From NCBI GenBank assembly GCA_035495615.1, contig DATJFP010000005.1:340-64339 (forward strand): 64,000 nt of DNA, read 5' to 3'. The translations under genes and the position numbers were made by a program. Positions 25,750 to 36,033 of this stretch are shown here, piece after piece; the first letter of the stretch is position 1; each line of letters starts with the position of its first letter. Below the pieces are notes generated by a model that was not told the origin of the DNA, ran no database searches, and saw nothing but the letters and a program-made list of their open reading frames with translations. Source of the stretch: Verrucomicrobiia bacterium (GTDB lineage: Bacteria; Omnitrophota; Omnitrophia; Omnitrophales; Aquincolibacteriaceae).

Positions 25750-26703
25750 CTACGCCGGCTTCTTCTTGTTGACGATGTCCTGCAAATCGCCGGCCGCAAG
25801 CACCCGGAACGCGTAAATCGTATTGTTCCCCGCTTTTTCGGCTCTGTCCAGCGCCCTTTCCGCGAGATCGAGCAGATTGGCTTCGGCTTTGACGCCGTCT
25901 TCGGGAAAACTCGCGACGCCGAGACTCATGTTCAGCCGCATTCCGGACGGAAGGCCGAAGTCATGGCGGCCGGCCGCTTCCAGAAAACGCCGCGCGTAAA
26001 CCAACGCGCCTTTTTTCCCGGTGTCCGGCAGCATCACCAGGAACCGTTCCTTCCCGCAATCGGTGACTATATCATTCCTGCGGCTAAAACTCAGCAAGAA
26101 ATCCGAAAAACGGCGCAGCGGGATGCCTGCTTCATCCCACGCGGAGAATGCCTTTTCGCCGTCGAGGAGCTGCGGCCGGATCATGACGACCGAAAGAGAA
26201 AAAAAATACCGGACCGCCCGCTGGAATTCCGCGCCAAGCCTTTCCTTTAAATACTGGTCATTGTAAAGGCCGGTGATGGGGTTTTTCAAGTCCCCGCCGC
26301 AGGTCTGGCGCTCCAGGCGCGCCACGGTCTCGCTCAATTCGCGGATGCGCAGGATCTGACGGGCAAGGCATTTGATGGAATCGGCATTGAGCGGCTTGGA
26401 GACCATGGCGAAAACGTTTTCGCCCAAGGCATCGGCGTCGAATTCGCGGTCCGGTTTGTCGGAAACAACGACAAGAGGAACCGCCGGGAAAGACTGGTTC
26501 AAGGCGCGGAAGGAATCTTTGGAAGTTTCTTCCAGGAGGACGGCCTCCATGAAAACGGCGTCGAAGGACTGGCGCGAGAGTTCTTTTTCGGCTTCTTGAA
26601 TGCCGGACACGCGGCGCACGGCATGTCCCGGCGCGGGAAAAACGGCGCTGAGAAAGCGGGATAAATCCTGGTCTCGTTCCACTACGAGAAACAAAACGCT
26701 CAT
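25750..26703 (-). CDS. Response-regulator receiver plus GGDEF-domain protein with a degenerate active site (CGKERF in place of GG(D/E)EF); probably not an active diguanylate cyclase
   Basis: Receiver-like N-terminus MSVLFLVVERD...DAVFMEA. GGDEF-fold segment PITGLYNDQYL...DIVTDCGKERFLVMLP...LNMSLGVASFPEDG. The ORF could extend to 26760. Confidence 0.6.
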   Translation of the reverse strand: MSVLFLVVERDQDLSRFLSAVFPAPGHAVRRVSGIQEAEKELSRQSFDAVFMEAVLLEETSKDSFRALNQSFPAVPLVVVSDKPDREFDADALGENVFAMVSKPLNADSIKCLARQILRIRELSETVARLERQTCGGDLKNPITGLYNDQYLKERLGAEFQRAVRYFFSLSVVMIRPQLLDGEKAFSAWDEAGIPLRRFSDFLLSFSRRNDIVTDCGKERFLVMLPDTGKKGALVYARRFLEAAGRHDFGLPSGMRLNMSLGVASFPEDGVKAEANLLDLAERALDRAEKAGNNTIYAFRVLAAGDLQDIVNKKKPA

Positions 26704-26780
26704 AAATCTCCGGAAACCGGAGCCGACTGCCGGTTGCTTTTCCGTGAGTACTTTAAGCATGTCCGCCGAAAGGCCGAAAG

Positions 26781-28613
26781 TTAGATTCTGACCGTTTTCT
26801 TGTTAATTTCAAGAATTTGTTTGTTGATGCCTTCCAGCGCCTGAAGCGCCTCCAGGGACACAGGGCTGCGAAAGCTCCAGTTCCCGTCATTGACCGTGCC
26901 GGGAAAATTGATTCTCGCATGCCAGGGATCGGCGTCGAAATAGTCGCCCAGCGAAAGCCAGTCGTGGATCAGCTGGATGCAGAAAACGGCGCGGCTTTCT
27001 GAGGCTTTTTCAAGGGACTTTCTCACGAACTCCCGCACGGGCGGCGTTTCCCGGCAGCCCAGATAGCCCAGGAATTGTTCCTTTTCGTGGAACGAAAGCC
27101 GGTGGAGGTCCAAAAAGGCGCGGATGTGATCGTGCGGGCGCTCCAGCGCATATGCCAGCGCGTCCGGACTGGAAATTTCCTTTTTCCAGCGCAGCCTGCC
27201 GTAGACCGGCGGCTCGAACAGTTTTTGCTTCATGGCCGCGGGATCCATGTGATGCGTGCGGCACATATTATCGAAGAGCCCCTCGTCCGCGGTGCCGACT
27301 TCGTAGTTCCACCAGCCGAGGAAGATTGACATGTCATGCGTGGACATGAGCGCCAGCGAGTTTTTCCGGTACTCGGACGGCGCTTTGAATTCCCCCTGTG
27401 ACTCCCAATGCCGCGTCCAGCGCTGCACGTCCATTCCGGGCATCGCATACTCCCGCAGGGTTTTGTACGAGCACTCCGGGACAACGCCCAGGTCCTCGGC
27501 GCAAGGAAGCATGTCCGTGTTGGAGACCATCACATCGATGATTTTTTTTCCGTGCTCTTCCCAAAGCGCCTCGTTCTGAGGATCGAAGACCCCGTATTTG
27601 CCCGCGTTCTGAAGCGGTTCGTGGACGGCGATGGTCCAGAGGCGGAAAAGCCCCACGACGTGGTCGATGCGGAACAGGTCGTAAAAATTCTGCGCGTAGC
27701 GGACTTTCTGGATGGTGTACTCATGGCCGTGCGCCGCGATCTCTTCCCAGTTGTAAGGAGGCATGCCCCAGCGCTGCCCTTCGGCAATGTAAAGATCGGG
27801 CGGCGCGCCGGAAACGCGGTCCAGCTTGAAATAGTTCTGCCGCGCCCACACGTCCGCGCTGTCGCGCGAAACAAGGAGCGGCAGGTCGCCCAGGATCAGC
27901 ACGCCTTTGCCGAGAGCGTGGGCCTTGGCCTTGCGGAATTGCTCGCAGCACTGCCACTGCAGCCATTCGTAAAAGCGCAGACCTTCCTTTTCTTCGCCGC
28001 GCAGACGGGCCAAAACGCCTTCATGCCTTTGCCGGTATTCTTCGGGCCAGCTTTCCCAGGACCCGGGATGCTTGTCCTTGATCACGCGGAAAAGCGCGTA
28101 ATCCTCGAGCCAATAGCGCTGGGACTCTGCGAACTTGCCGAAGGCTTCCGGAAATTTTCCGCCGCAAGCGTCGAACATGGCGCGCAGAAGCGCGAGTTTG
28201 GCGCGCTTGATCCCGTAATCGACGCGCGGCCGGCTCAGCGGAAAGTTTTTCCGCAGCTCTTCGATCTTCGCGCGGTAAGGCTTCGGATCCACGCCTTCGA
28301 TCTGTTCCACATTCAGATAAAGCGGCTCGAGGGCAAAGCTGCTTTGGCCGTCGTAGGGACGAAAGTCAAAGCCCACGTCGTTCAAAGGAAGAAGCTGGAT
28401 CAGGCTCAGGCCCGTCTGCGCGCACCAGTCCGCCAGCCTTGTGAGGTCCGGGTATTCGCCGACTCCGAGGCTCTGGGCGGAGTGCAGCGAAAAAAGAGGA
28501 ACGCACACGCCCGCGCGCCGGCGGGTTCCTGTTTTCTGCCATTGCCGGGACAGGGGCGAGGACAGGAACTCTTCATATTCCTTCGTCGACGTATGAGGCT
28601 CGGCTGCGTTCAT
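26781..28613 (-). CDS. malQ: 4-alpha-glucanotransferase (amylomaltase, GH77)
   Basis: 610 aa. GH77 motifs GVCVPLFSL, LIQLLPLNDVG, RIDHVVGLFRLW, HDMSIFLGWWN. Confidence 0.75.
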   Translation of the reverse strand: MNAAEPHTSTKEYEEFLSSPLSRQWQKTGTRRRAGVCVPLFSLHSAQSLGVGEYPDLTRLADWCAQTGLSLIQLLPLNDVGFDFRPYDGQSSFALEPLYLNVEQIEGVDPKPYRAKIEELRKNFPLSRPRVDYGIKRAKLALLRAMFDACGGKFPEAFGKFAESQRYWLEDYALFRVIKDKHPGSWESWPEEYRQRHEGVLARLRGEEKEGLRFYEWLQWQCCEQFRKAKAHALGKGVLILGDLPLLVSRDSADVWARQNYFKLDRVSGAPPDLYIAEGQRWGMPPYNWEEIAAHGHEYTIQKVRYAQNFYDLFRIDHVVGLFRLWTIAVHEPLQNAGKYGVFDPQNEALWEEHGKKIIDVMVSNTDMLPCAEDLGVVPECSYKTLREYAMPGMDVQRWTRHWESQGEFKAPSEYRKNSLALMSTHDMSIFLGWWNYEVGTADEGLFDNMCRTHHMDPAAMKQKLFEPPVYGRLRWKKEISSPDALAYALERPHDHIRAFLDLHRLSFHEKEQFLGYLGCRETPPVREFVRKSLEKASESRAVFCIQLIHDWLSLGDYFDADPWHARINFPGTVNDGNWSFRSPVSLEALQALEGINKQILEINKKTVRI

Positions 28614-28620
28614 AAGGCTC

Positions 28621-29685
28621 CTAATTTTTCGAGCGGAACGGATAAATGAATTCTGTTTTTTTGGGAATGCGCAGGCGCTTGGAAAGGCTTTCCGCGAAAG
28701 CCATTTCCATCTCGTCCCAAAGTTCAGGCGCGATGTCGTCTCCGAGTTTGAAACTGCCGCCCGCGATCGGGCCGTGCCCGCCCGCCTCGCCGCGGTTGGC
28801 GAAAATGTCCCGGAGGATCCTCCCCGCTTCCACGCCCGGCACGGCCGTTCTCAGGGACACGTGGAGATTGCCCCGGAATCGCCCCGTGCAGCACGAATAA
28901 CGGACTCCCTTGCACGTGAGCAGGAAGTCTGCCGTCTGCGAAACAACGTCAGGATTTTCCACGGAACCGAGGTGAGAAACTATCAGGCCCCTTCTGACCA
29001 TGGCGCGCTGGATTCCCTTGGCCAGCGTACCGAAAAAGCGGCGGGAGCGCGTCGGGTTTTGGATGCGGGCAAGCGCGCGAAGGTCGCAAAATGGGATGAT
29101 GTCGCGGTAAGTATCGATCACCTGCCCCTGCGGCGCGCGGTAAAGATTCAAGGTGTCCGTCAGAATTCCGTACGCAAGCGCCGCCGCGAGGCGGGACGGA
29201 ATCACGCCTTTTTTCAAAAGGAGAACAGCCCGGGCGAGAATCACGCACGTCGCGCCGCAGTCAGGATCCACGATCGTGAGGTCCGCCGAAGGTTTGCCGA
29301 GTGAGGCATGCTGGTCGATGATCATCGTCGCCTTCCGGTTTTTGGGAAAGGAGTTGTTTTCGAATTCGGGCTGCGTGTCCAGAAGCGCGGTGTATTGATA
29401 GCGCTTCAAGTCCGAATGCTTCAGCTTGTGAACGGGAAGCTTCAGGATCTGCACCATGCCCCGGTTTTCGTTGCGCCCGAGAATGCCGCCGTAGACCACG
29501 CGGGAAACAATGCCGAAATGTTCGGCAATGTACTGGAGCGCCACGGCACTTGCCAGCGAATCAGGGTCAGGATAATCGTGGGTCAGGATGAGAAGCGGCG
29601 AGATGCTTTCGCGCCGCGCTTCCAGGAACCGCAGGATGCGGCGCGCATTGCGGACGACGTTGAAACGGCGGGGGTCTTTATTCAC
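28621..29685 (-). CDS. nrnA: DHH/DHHA1 phosphoesterase (NrnA-type nanoRNase / pAp phosphatase)
   Basis: ILTHDYPDPDSLAS (DHH motif region), GGGH C-terminal DHHA1 motif (EAGGHGPIAGGS). Confidence 0.65.
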   Translation of the reverse strand: MNKDPRRFNVVRNARRILRFLEARRESISPLLILTHDYPDPDSLASAVALQYIAEHFGIVSRVVYGGILGRNENRGMVQILKLPVHKLKHSDLKRYQYTALLDTQPEFENNSFPKNRKATMIIDQHASLGKPSADLTIVDPDCGATCVILARAVLLLKKGVIPSRLAAALAYGILTDTLNLYRAPQGQVIDTYRDIIPFCDLRALARIQNPTRSRRFFGTLAKGIQRAMVRRGLIVSHLGSVENPDVVSQTADFLLTCKGVRYSCCTGRFRGNLHVSLRTAVPGVEAGRILRDIFANRGEAGGHGPIAGGSFKLGDDIAPELWDEMEMAFAESLSKRLRIPKKTEFIYPFRSKN

Positions 29686-30223
29686 GCCCGCCCCCCTTGT
29701 TGTTTTTCCGGTACTCCTCGAGCAGCCGCTTCAAGTCCGAATCCGCGGACCGCAGCATCTGGGAGCCGACGAAAACAAGGATGGAAAACTGCCAGCAGTC
29801 TTCCGGGCCCAGCACCAGGCCGGCCGTCATGTTTTCTTCTTTTTGGAGCAGGGCGAGATAATGATCGGCCGCCTGTTTCAACCGGCCATCGTAAACAGAA
29901 AGGGAATCCGTGAGGTTGTTGTATTTGAACGAAGGGAATTGAACGCCGCGGATCAGCAGGAAGTTCATGAAAAGGTCGGCCTCGCGTTTTTTCTCGGCAT
30001 TCCAGTCGAAGCCTTCCCATTGCGGGCTGTTCGGCGGCAAAAGAAGCGAAGGCTTTTCCACCACGACTTTGCCTTTGCGCACGAACGTGTCGCGGGCGCC
30101 ATGGTACTCCGACAAAAAAATGTAGGACAGGGGCGTTTCCTCGAACGTAGACAGAGGCTGGATGCGCGGACGGAGGATTTCGGTATGACGCAGCGCTTTT
30201 TCCCAGCTTTTCTCGAGGTCCAT
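29678..30223 (-). CDS. Hypothetical protein (181 aa), no recognisable motif
   Basis: ORF packed between nrnA and the NAD(P)HX dehydratase gene with an 8-nt overlap; the coding call is based only on operon context. Confidence 0.4.
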   Translation of the reverse strand: MDLEKSWEKALRHTEILRPRIQPLSTFEETPLSYIFLSEYHGARDTFVRKGKVVVEKPSLLLPPNSPQWEGFDWNAEKKREADLFMNFLLIRGVQFPSFKYNNLTDSLSVYDGRLKQAADHYLALLQKEENMTAGLVLGPEDCWQFSILVFVGSQMLRSADSDLKRLLEEYRKNNKGGGRE

Positions 30224-30240
30224 GAGTGAGTTCCTCTTTT

Positions 30241-31119
30241 TTAGAAACGCAGGATCTTCTTCAAAGCCGCGGGCAGAAACTCCAGAAGGTCGGACGCCAC
30301 GAGTCCCGACCTTCCTTTTTGGGCGGCGGCAAGGTCTCCCGCAAATCCATGCGCATAAACGCCGAAGCGCGCCGCGTCCCAGGCCGTCAGGCCGCGCCCC
30401 AGCAGCGCGGCCACGATGCCCGTCAGCACGTCCCCGGTTCCTCCCGAGGCCATGCCCGCATTGCCCGTGGAATTGACGAACGTTTTCCCGGCGGGCGAAG
30501 CCACCACCGTGCCCCGGCCCTTCAACACCACGATCACGCGGTATTTTTCCGCGGCTTCCGTAGCGCGCTTCACCCGTTCCCGCGGCAAGCCCGGCGTCCT
30601 GCCGCCGAAGAGCCGGACAAATTCTCCGGGATGCGGCGTCACGATGGTCGCGCCGGGCAAATCCTTCAAAAGTTCCGGCCGTCCGCGGAAGGCATTGATC
30701 CCGTCCGCATCGATCACCTTCGGAAGCCCGGCCTTGAGCACCACGGCTCTTGCCAGACGCTGCGTTTCCGGCACCTGCGAAAGGCCCGGGCCGATCGCGA
30801 GCACGTCCTGGGTTTCCAGAAATTTCAGCACCGGCTTTGCCGCGCGAAAAGCCAGGCTTCCCTGCCGTGTCGAGGGAAAAGGACGGACCATCACTTCCGC
30901 CTCGCGCCGCGCCGCCACGGCATAAATTTTTTCCGGCACGCCTACGGTGACCAGTCCGGCGCCCGCGCGCATCGCGCCCATGCCGGCCAAGTGCGCGGCC
31001 CCGGTATAACCGATCGCGCCCGCGGCAATAAAGATCCGGCCGAAATCACCTTTGTGCGCTTCCGGCCGCCGCCCGAGCTTGGAGCGCATTTCTTTTTCGA
31101 GCGCGGCTTTCCTCATCAC
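30241..31119 (-). CDS. nnrD: ADP-dependent NAD(P)H-hydrate dehydratase (YjeF C-terminal / carbohydrate-kinase-like domain)
   Basis: GDFGRIFIAAGAIGYTGAAHLAGMGAMRAGAGLVTV and GTGDVLTGIV motifs. Confidence 0.7.
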   Translation of the reverse strand: MMRKAALEKEMRSKLGRRPEAHKGDFGRIFIAAGAIGYTGAAHLAGMGAMRAGAGLVTVGVPEKIYAVAARREAEVMVRPFPSTRQGSLAFRAAKPVLKFLETQDVLAIGPGLSQVPETQRLARAVVLKAGLPKVIDADGINAFRGRPELLKDLPGATIVTPHPGEFVRLFGGRTPGLPRERVKRATEAAEKYRVIVVLKGRGTVVASPAGKTFVNSTGNAGMASGGTGDVLTGIVAALLGRGLTAWDAARFGVYAHGFAGDLAAAQKGRSGLVASDLLEFLPAALKKILRF

Positions 31120-31844
31120 GCACGCCGCATGGCGTTTTTCATTTCCCGCACGGCCTGCCGCATCCCCGTGAACATGGCACGCGCCACGATCGAATAGCCG
31201 ATGTTCAATTCCTCGATCTCGGGAATCCGCGCGATGGGCCCGACATTTTCATAATCCAGTCCATGCCCCGCATGAACGGCGAGCCCCAGCGCATGCGCGA
31301 GCCGCGCCGCTTGGGCGATCCGCTTAATTTCCCTGCGCCTGCGCGCCCCGGAGACTTCCGCATATGTCCCGGTATGAATTTCGATGGCATTGGCGCCGAG
31401 CTTCGCGGCCATGCGGATCTGCGGTTCGAGCGGATCGATAAAAAGGCTCACCGCGATTTTTTGGGCCCGGAGCTTCGGGATGAAAACCTTCAAACGCGCC
31501 GCGTGCGCCACGGCATCCAGGCCGCCTTCGGTGGTCAGCTCGCGCCTTTTTTCCGGGACAATGCAAACCTTCTCGGGCCGGTACCGCAGGGCAATGGACA
31601 AAATGCCGGGGTCGAGCGCCATTTCGAGATTCACGGGCACGCGGCCCTTTTGTTTCACTTCCGGCAAGTCGCCGTCCTGGATGTGCCGGCGGTCTTCACG
31701 CAAATGCAGCGTGATCTGATCCGCGCCGCCCTTCACCGCTTCCACGGCCGCGAGCGCGGGACTCGGCACCTTGCCGCGGCGCGCCTGGCGCAGCGTGGCC
31801 ACATGGTCGATGTTCACTCCGAGCGAAAGCTTCCTGCGCTTCAT
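31116..31844 (-). CDS. pdxJ: Pyridoxine 5'-phosphate synthase
   Basis: LGVNIDHVATLRQAR and EIHTGTYA motifs; 242 aa. Confidence 0.8.
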   Translation of the reverse strand: MKRRKLSLGVNIDHVATLRQARRGKVPSPALAAVEAVKGGADQITLHLREDRRHIQDGDLPEVKQKGRVPVNLEMALDPGILSIALRYRPEKVCIVPEKRRELTTEGGLDAVAHAARLKVFIPKLRAQKIAVSLFIDPLEPQIRMAAKLGANAIEIHTGTYAEVSGARRRREIKRIAQAARLAHALGLAVHAGHGLDYENVGPIARIPEIEELNIGYSIVARAMFTGMRQAVREMKNAMRRA

Positions 31845-31845
31845 G

Positions 31846-32778
31846 TTATTTCCGTTTCAGCATGGCTTTGACCTTGACGGTGGAGTCGTCCTTCAGGCTC
31901 ACGCCTTCGGGAAGCACGATCTCGGCGGAAACTTCCTGCGAATCCTTTTCCATCTTGGCCGTGTCCACGTAGGCCAGCATCTTGCCGCTTTCCAGTTTTT
32001 CCAAAAGGCGCTTGGAGCCTTTGAGCACGAACGAAATCTGCTCCGGTTCCAGCTGCACCGTGCGCTCTTCCCCGGCGGGCTTCAGGACGCGGACGGGAAC
32101 GTTCTCGAATTTCTTCTCGTCGAATTCTTCCTCGATCGGGATGAAGGCGTCGATGAATACTTCGCTGAGCGCCTTCACGTTGGAGGGCAGGTCGAGCTTC
32201 ACGGTCTTGCGGAAGGAACGCGTGCGCCCGACAAGATCGATCGGTTCGGTCGGAATGCCGGTCAGCGATTCAAGTTGTTCTTTCGGGCCTTCGAGAAGAA
32301 TGGCGTTGGGGTTGAGCTGGATTTCATCGGTCTTGATTTTGTAGCCGAAGGCCGGCTCGCCCAGGAAGTTGGGTTTCACCTCGAGCTTCTGGATGATGAC
32401 TTCGTTCAGCGTGACCTGCACCACCTCAGGCTCGATTTTCAGGACGCGGATGTACGGCGACTGCAGCTTGATTTCGCGCGGCTCGAGCCGGAAGCTGTAG
32501 TCGCCGGACGTCTTCACTTCCGATCCGACTTCGTGAAAGGCCTTGATCTGTTCGGAAGTAAAACTGGAAAGCATGGCGCGCGGCACGCCGAGCGTGACTT
32601 CCACCTTGGGCGTGGACACCTTCAGGATGCTGAGCTGCTTATTGGAAAGCTGGATCTCGATCGGAATCGCGCGTTTAATTTCGACTTCCTCTTCCCCCAC
32701 CGCGTAATACCAAAGCCCGATGGCCAGGATGAGCGAAATCACTTTGGCGCCCCAATCGCGCGTCAGCCACCGGATCAT
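31846..32778 (-). CDS. cdaR: YbbR-domain protein (CdaR-type regulator of diadenylate cyclase)
   Basis: N-terminal TM. Repeated YbbR-like beta segments. Sits directly downstream of cdaA with a 4-nt overlap. Confidence 0.6.
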   Translation of the reverse strand: MIRWLTRDWGAKVISLILAIGLWYYAVGEEEVEIKRAIPIEIQLSNKQLSILKVSTPKVEVTLGVPRAMLSSFTSEQIKAFHEVGSEVKTSGDYSFRLEPREIKLQSPYIRVLKIEPEVVQVTLNEVIIQKLEVKPNFLGEPAFGYKIKTDEIQLNPNAILLEGPKEQLESLTGIPTEPIDLVGRTRSFRKTVKLDLPSNVKALSEVFIDAFIPIEEEFDEKKFENVPVRVLKPAGEERTVQLEPEQISFVLKGSKRLLEKLESGKMLAYVDTAKMEKDSQEVSAEIVLPEGVSLKDDSTVKVKAMLKRK

Positions 32779-33593
32779 GAGGCGTTCCTTTCTTTGAAAA
32801 GGGTCCAGTTGGCCTTGAGAAAATCGGCGAGGCTTTTCTTCGACTGCGTTTCCGCGGAGCGGAACAGGCTGAGCAGCACACGCTTCAGGCCTTCGGGGTC
32901 CAGATCCCGCGTCAATTTGCCGTGCACGGAAACGGAAATGGCGCCGGTTTCTTCCGAGACGATGACGCAGACCGCATCACTCTCTTCCGTGAGGCCGATC
33001 GCGGCGCGGTGCCGCGTGCCGAGCGAGCGCGAGAGGTTCATGTTCTGGCTGAGCGGGAAAAGGCAGCCGCAGGACGCGATCCGGTTGCCGACGACCACGA
33101 CGCCGCCGTCGTGAATGGGCGTGACCGGCATGAAGATCGTAATGAGAAGCTCCGCGCTGATCTTCGCATCCAGCACGATGCCGCTTTCGATGTAATTTTT
33201 AAGACCGGTATCGCGCTCGATCGCGAACAGCGCGCCCACGCGGTTGCGCGACATGTGCTCGCAGGCCTGCACGACTTCGTCCACGGTGCCGCCTTTTTTA
33301 AGGAAGGCTCCGCTGAAAGTGTTTTGGCCGATCCTGGCCAGGATGCGGCGCAGCTCGGGCTGGAAAATGACGAGGATCGCCAAAACGCCGACCGCGAAGA
33401 GTTTCGTGAGCACCCAGATCACGGTATGCAGCTCGAGCCATTTGGCGAGGTTGAACACCGCGGCCAGCATCATGAGCCCGGTCAGCACCTGCAGCGCGCG
33501 CGTGCCCTGAAAAAAACGGATGATGTTGTAGACGAGCGCCCAGATGAAAAGGATTTCCAGGATGGGACGCCAGAGCAGGATCAGAGTTTCCAC
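32775..33593 (-). CDS. cdaA: Diadenylate cyclase CdaA (c-di-AMP synthase, DAC domain)
   Basis: Three N-terminal TM helices. DAC motifs DGA...HDGGVVV...RHRAAIGLTEESDAVCVIVSEETGAIS. Confidence 0.8.
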   Translation of the reverse strand: METLILLWRPILEILFIWALVYNIIRFFQGTRALQVLTGLMMLAAVFNLAKWLELHTVIWVLTKLFAVGVLAILVIFQPELRRILARIGQNTFSGAFLKKGGTVDEVVQACEHMSRNRVGALFAIERDTGLKNYIESGIVLDAKISAELLITIFMPVTPIHDGGVVVVGNRIASCGCLFPLSQNMNLSRSLGTRHRAAIGLTEESDAVCVIVSEETGAISVSVHGKLTRDLDPEGLKRVLLSLFRSAETQSKKSLADFLKANWTLFKERNAS

Positions 33594-33596
33594 CGT

Positions 33597-33809
33597 TCAC
33601 CGTTTCCCGAAAAAGGAAAAGATCAGCGTCAGCGCGGCGCTGGCGAGCAGGCAGGTCATGAGCGGAAAATAAAAAACAAAGCTGCCTTTGCGGATGTAAA
33701 TGTCGCCCGGAAAACGTCCGAGGCCCGTTTTACCGAAAAAAGTCAGCAGGAGGCCGGCGCCGATCAGAATGAACCCGAAAAAGAAAAGCGTCTTCGCCAG
33801 GTCGGTCAT
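33597..33809 (-). CDS. Small membrane protein (DUF2905-like)
   Basis: 70 aa, two TM helices, GRFPGDIYIRKG motif. Confidence 0.45.
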   Translation of the reverse strand: MTDLAKTLFFFGFILIGAGLLLTFFGKTGLGRFPGDIYIRKGSFVFYFPLMTCLLASAALTLIFSFFGKR

Positions 33810-33899
33810 GCTTCATCCCATGCAGTTGAGGGCGGTTAGGACGTTTTAAGAGCCCTTACTATAACATAGCCGCTGCGGGACGGGCAACGGGCTTTAGCT

Positions 33900-34916
33900 C
33901 TAGAGAAGTTCGGCCTGGTGGGCGGGCGGCTTGGCCTTGAAGTGGTCGTAAGTGCGGCGGGTCAGCACGCGGCCGGAAGAGGTCCTTTTCAAAAAACCCC
34001 GCTGGATAAGGTACGGCTCGTAAATTTCCTCGATGGTTTCCGCGGATTCCCCGACTCCGACAGCCAGGCTGTTGACGCCTACGGGGCCGCCGTCACATTG
34101 GCGCAGGATGTATTCCAGGATGCGTTTGTCCATGGGATCGAGCCCCTCGCAGTCGACGTCCAGCATCTCGAGCGCCTTGTCCGCGACCGGCGCCGTGATC
34201 TTGCCGTCGGCCTTCACCTGCGCGAAATCGCGCACGCGGCGGAGCAGGCGGTTCGCGATGCGCGGCGTGCCGCGCGAACGCCGGGCGATTTCGCCGGTCC
34301 CCTGCGGGTCGATCTCGATCTTGAGGATCTGGCTGGACCGCTTGATGATTTTGCCGAGGTCATCGTTCTCGTAATAATTGAGCCGCTCCACGATGCCAAA
34401 GCGCGCGCGCATGGGCGCGGTGAGAAGGCCGCTGCGCGTCGTGGCCCCGATCAGCGTAAACGGCGGGATATTGATTTTCACCGAGCGCGCGTTCGGGCCT
34501 TTGTCGATCATGATATCGATGCAATAATCTTCCATGGCCGGATAAATATATTCTTCCACGACGTGCGAGATGCGGTGGATCTCGTCGATGAAGAGCACGT
34601 CGCCTTCTTCCAGATTGGTCAGCACGCCCGCGAGATCGCCCGGCCGTTCGAGGACGGGCCCGGAAGTCGTGTGGATGTTTGCGCCCATTTCTTTCGCCAC
34701 GATGTTGGCGAGCGTCGTCTTTCCCAGTCCCGGCGGGCCGAAAAGAAGCAGGTGGTCGAGCGGTTCCTTGCGCAGCTTCGCGGCTTCGACGAAGACTTTC
34801 AGGTTCGTCTTCATTTTCTCCTGGCCTACGAACGCGTCAAAGCTCGAAGGCCGGAGCGTGAGGTCCGCCTCGGCGTCTTCAGGTCTCGCGTCCTGGCTGA
34901 GCATGCGGTCGGTCAT
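33900..34916 (-). CDS. ruvB: Holliday junction branch-migration ATPase RuvB
   Basis: Walker [15 protein letters not shown], sensor motifs; 338 aa. Confidence 0.9.
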   Translation of the reverse strand: MTDRMLSQDARPEDAEADLTLRPSSFDAFVGQEKMKTNLKVFVEAAKLRKEPLDHLLLFGPPGLGKTTLANIVAKEMGANIHTTSGPVLERPGDLAGVLTNLEEGDVLFIDEIHRISHVVEEYIYPAMEDYCIDIMIDKGPNARSVKINIPPFTLIGATTRSGLLTAPMRARFGIVERLNYYENDDLGKIIKRSSQILKIEIDPQGTGEIARRSRGTPRIANRLLRRVRDFAQVKADGKITAPVADKALEMLDVDCEGLDPMDKRILEYILRQCDGGPVGVNSLAVGVGESAETIEEIYEPYLIQRGFLKRTSSGRVLTRRTYDHFKAKPPAHQAELL

Positions 34917-35380
34917 GCCTTTTTCTCCACGGCGGCGCGCTCCACTTTCCGTGTCACGGTCTCTTCATGATCGAAAAGATCCTGCGACTCGCGGCTCTTG
35001 AAGCGCTCGCGCAGGAATGTGTCGAGAATGACCTGGTCGACTTCGTTGATTTCGACGAAAGACACCGACATGTAAGAAAGGCCGTGCGGCGCGTCTTCGA
35101 CCCGGGTGATGCGGCCGAAAGCGGCAATCGTTTTCTCGATCGGCGGCAGAAGCAGCTGAAGTCGAACCATCTCTCCCGGGGCAATGCGCTCGGAGACGAT
35201 GAGGCGCACGCCGGTCGCGCTGATGTCTTTGGTATTCGCGGTCCTGATCTCGGATTCGACCCCGCCGTGAATGACCATGTAGCGGGCGAGATAAGAGGCC
35301 TTCATCCGGATGGCACGCCGCGAATTGGAAGCCCGGTATTTGGGAGCGAAGAGATCCTTGAATTTCGACATGAGGTTCAT
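34913..35380 (-). CDS. PilZ-domain protein (c-di-GMP-binding type) inserted between ruvA and ruvB
   Basis: RxxxR (RRAIR) and DxSxxG (DISATG) motifs about 27 residues apart; 155 aa; 4-nt overlap with ruvB. Confidence 0.65.
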   Translation of the reverse strand: MNLMSKFKDLFAPKYRASNSRRAIRMKASYLARYMVIHGGVESEIRTANTKDISATGVRLIVSERIAPGEMVRLQLLLPPIEKTIAAFGRITRVEDAPHGLSYMSVSFVEINEVDQVILDTFLRERFKSRESQDLFDHEETVTRKVERAAVEKKA

Positions 35381-35429
35381 GGCCTTCTCCTTTGTCCCGC
35401 GCCGCGGAACGAGGTTCCGTTAAGAGAAC

Positions 35430-36032
35430 CTAGATATTTTTAAGCGACATGCGGATCAGGTCTTCCACCGAGAAATCCGCGCCCGGTCTTTCCTTCAAAG
35501 TTTTTTCCACCGCGTTTTTCGCGTCGCTCTTGCGGTAACCCAGCGACACGAGCGCCTGCAGGGAATCTTCGATGATCTGACCCTGTCCCGGCCGCCCCGC
35601 CGTAACCGGGGATTTTCCCAGCACCTTGGCCGCGACCAGTTTTTCCTTCAATTCCACGATGAGGCGTTCGGCCGTCTTTTTTCCGATGCCCGGAATCGCG
35701 GTGAGGACGTTCAAGTCGCCGGAGGCAATCGCCTGCTTCAATTCATCGATCGGAATGCCCGAGAGGACCGTCATGGCCGACTTGGGGCCGATGCCGCTCA
35801 CCGCGATCAGCATGCGGAAAAGTTCCCGCTCGTCTTCGGTAAGAAAGCCGTAAATCTGGTGCGCGTCTTCGCGGATCACCAAATGCGCCAGCAGCCGCAC
35901 CTGCGCGCCCAGCGCGGGAAGGCCGGAATAAGTCGAGACCGGCACCTGCACGAGATAGCCCACGCCGTTCACGTCGATCACCGCGGCGACAGGCGACTTC
36001 TCCACCAGGGTTCCCTGCAGGTATTGGTACAT
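35430..36032 (-). CDS. ruvA: Holliday junction DNA helicase subunit RuvA
   Basis: MYQYLQGTL N-terminus, HhH motifs GIGPKSA and GIGKKTAERL. Confidence 0.9.
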   Translation of the reverse strand: MYQYLQGTLVEKSPVAAVIDVNGVGYLVQVPVSTYSGLPALGAQVRLLAHLVIREDAHQIYGFLTEDERELFRMLIAVSGIGPKSAMTVLSGIPIDELKQAIASGDLNVLTAIPGIGKKTAERLIVELKEKLVAAKVLGKSPVTAGRPGQGQIIEDSLQALVSLGYRKSDAKNAVEKTLKERPGADFSVEDLIRMSLKNI

Positions 36033-36033
36033 G

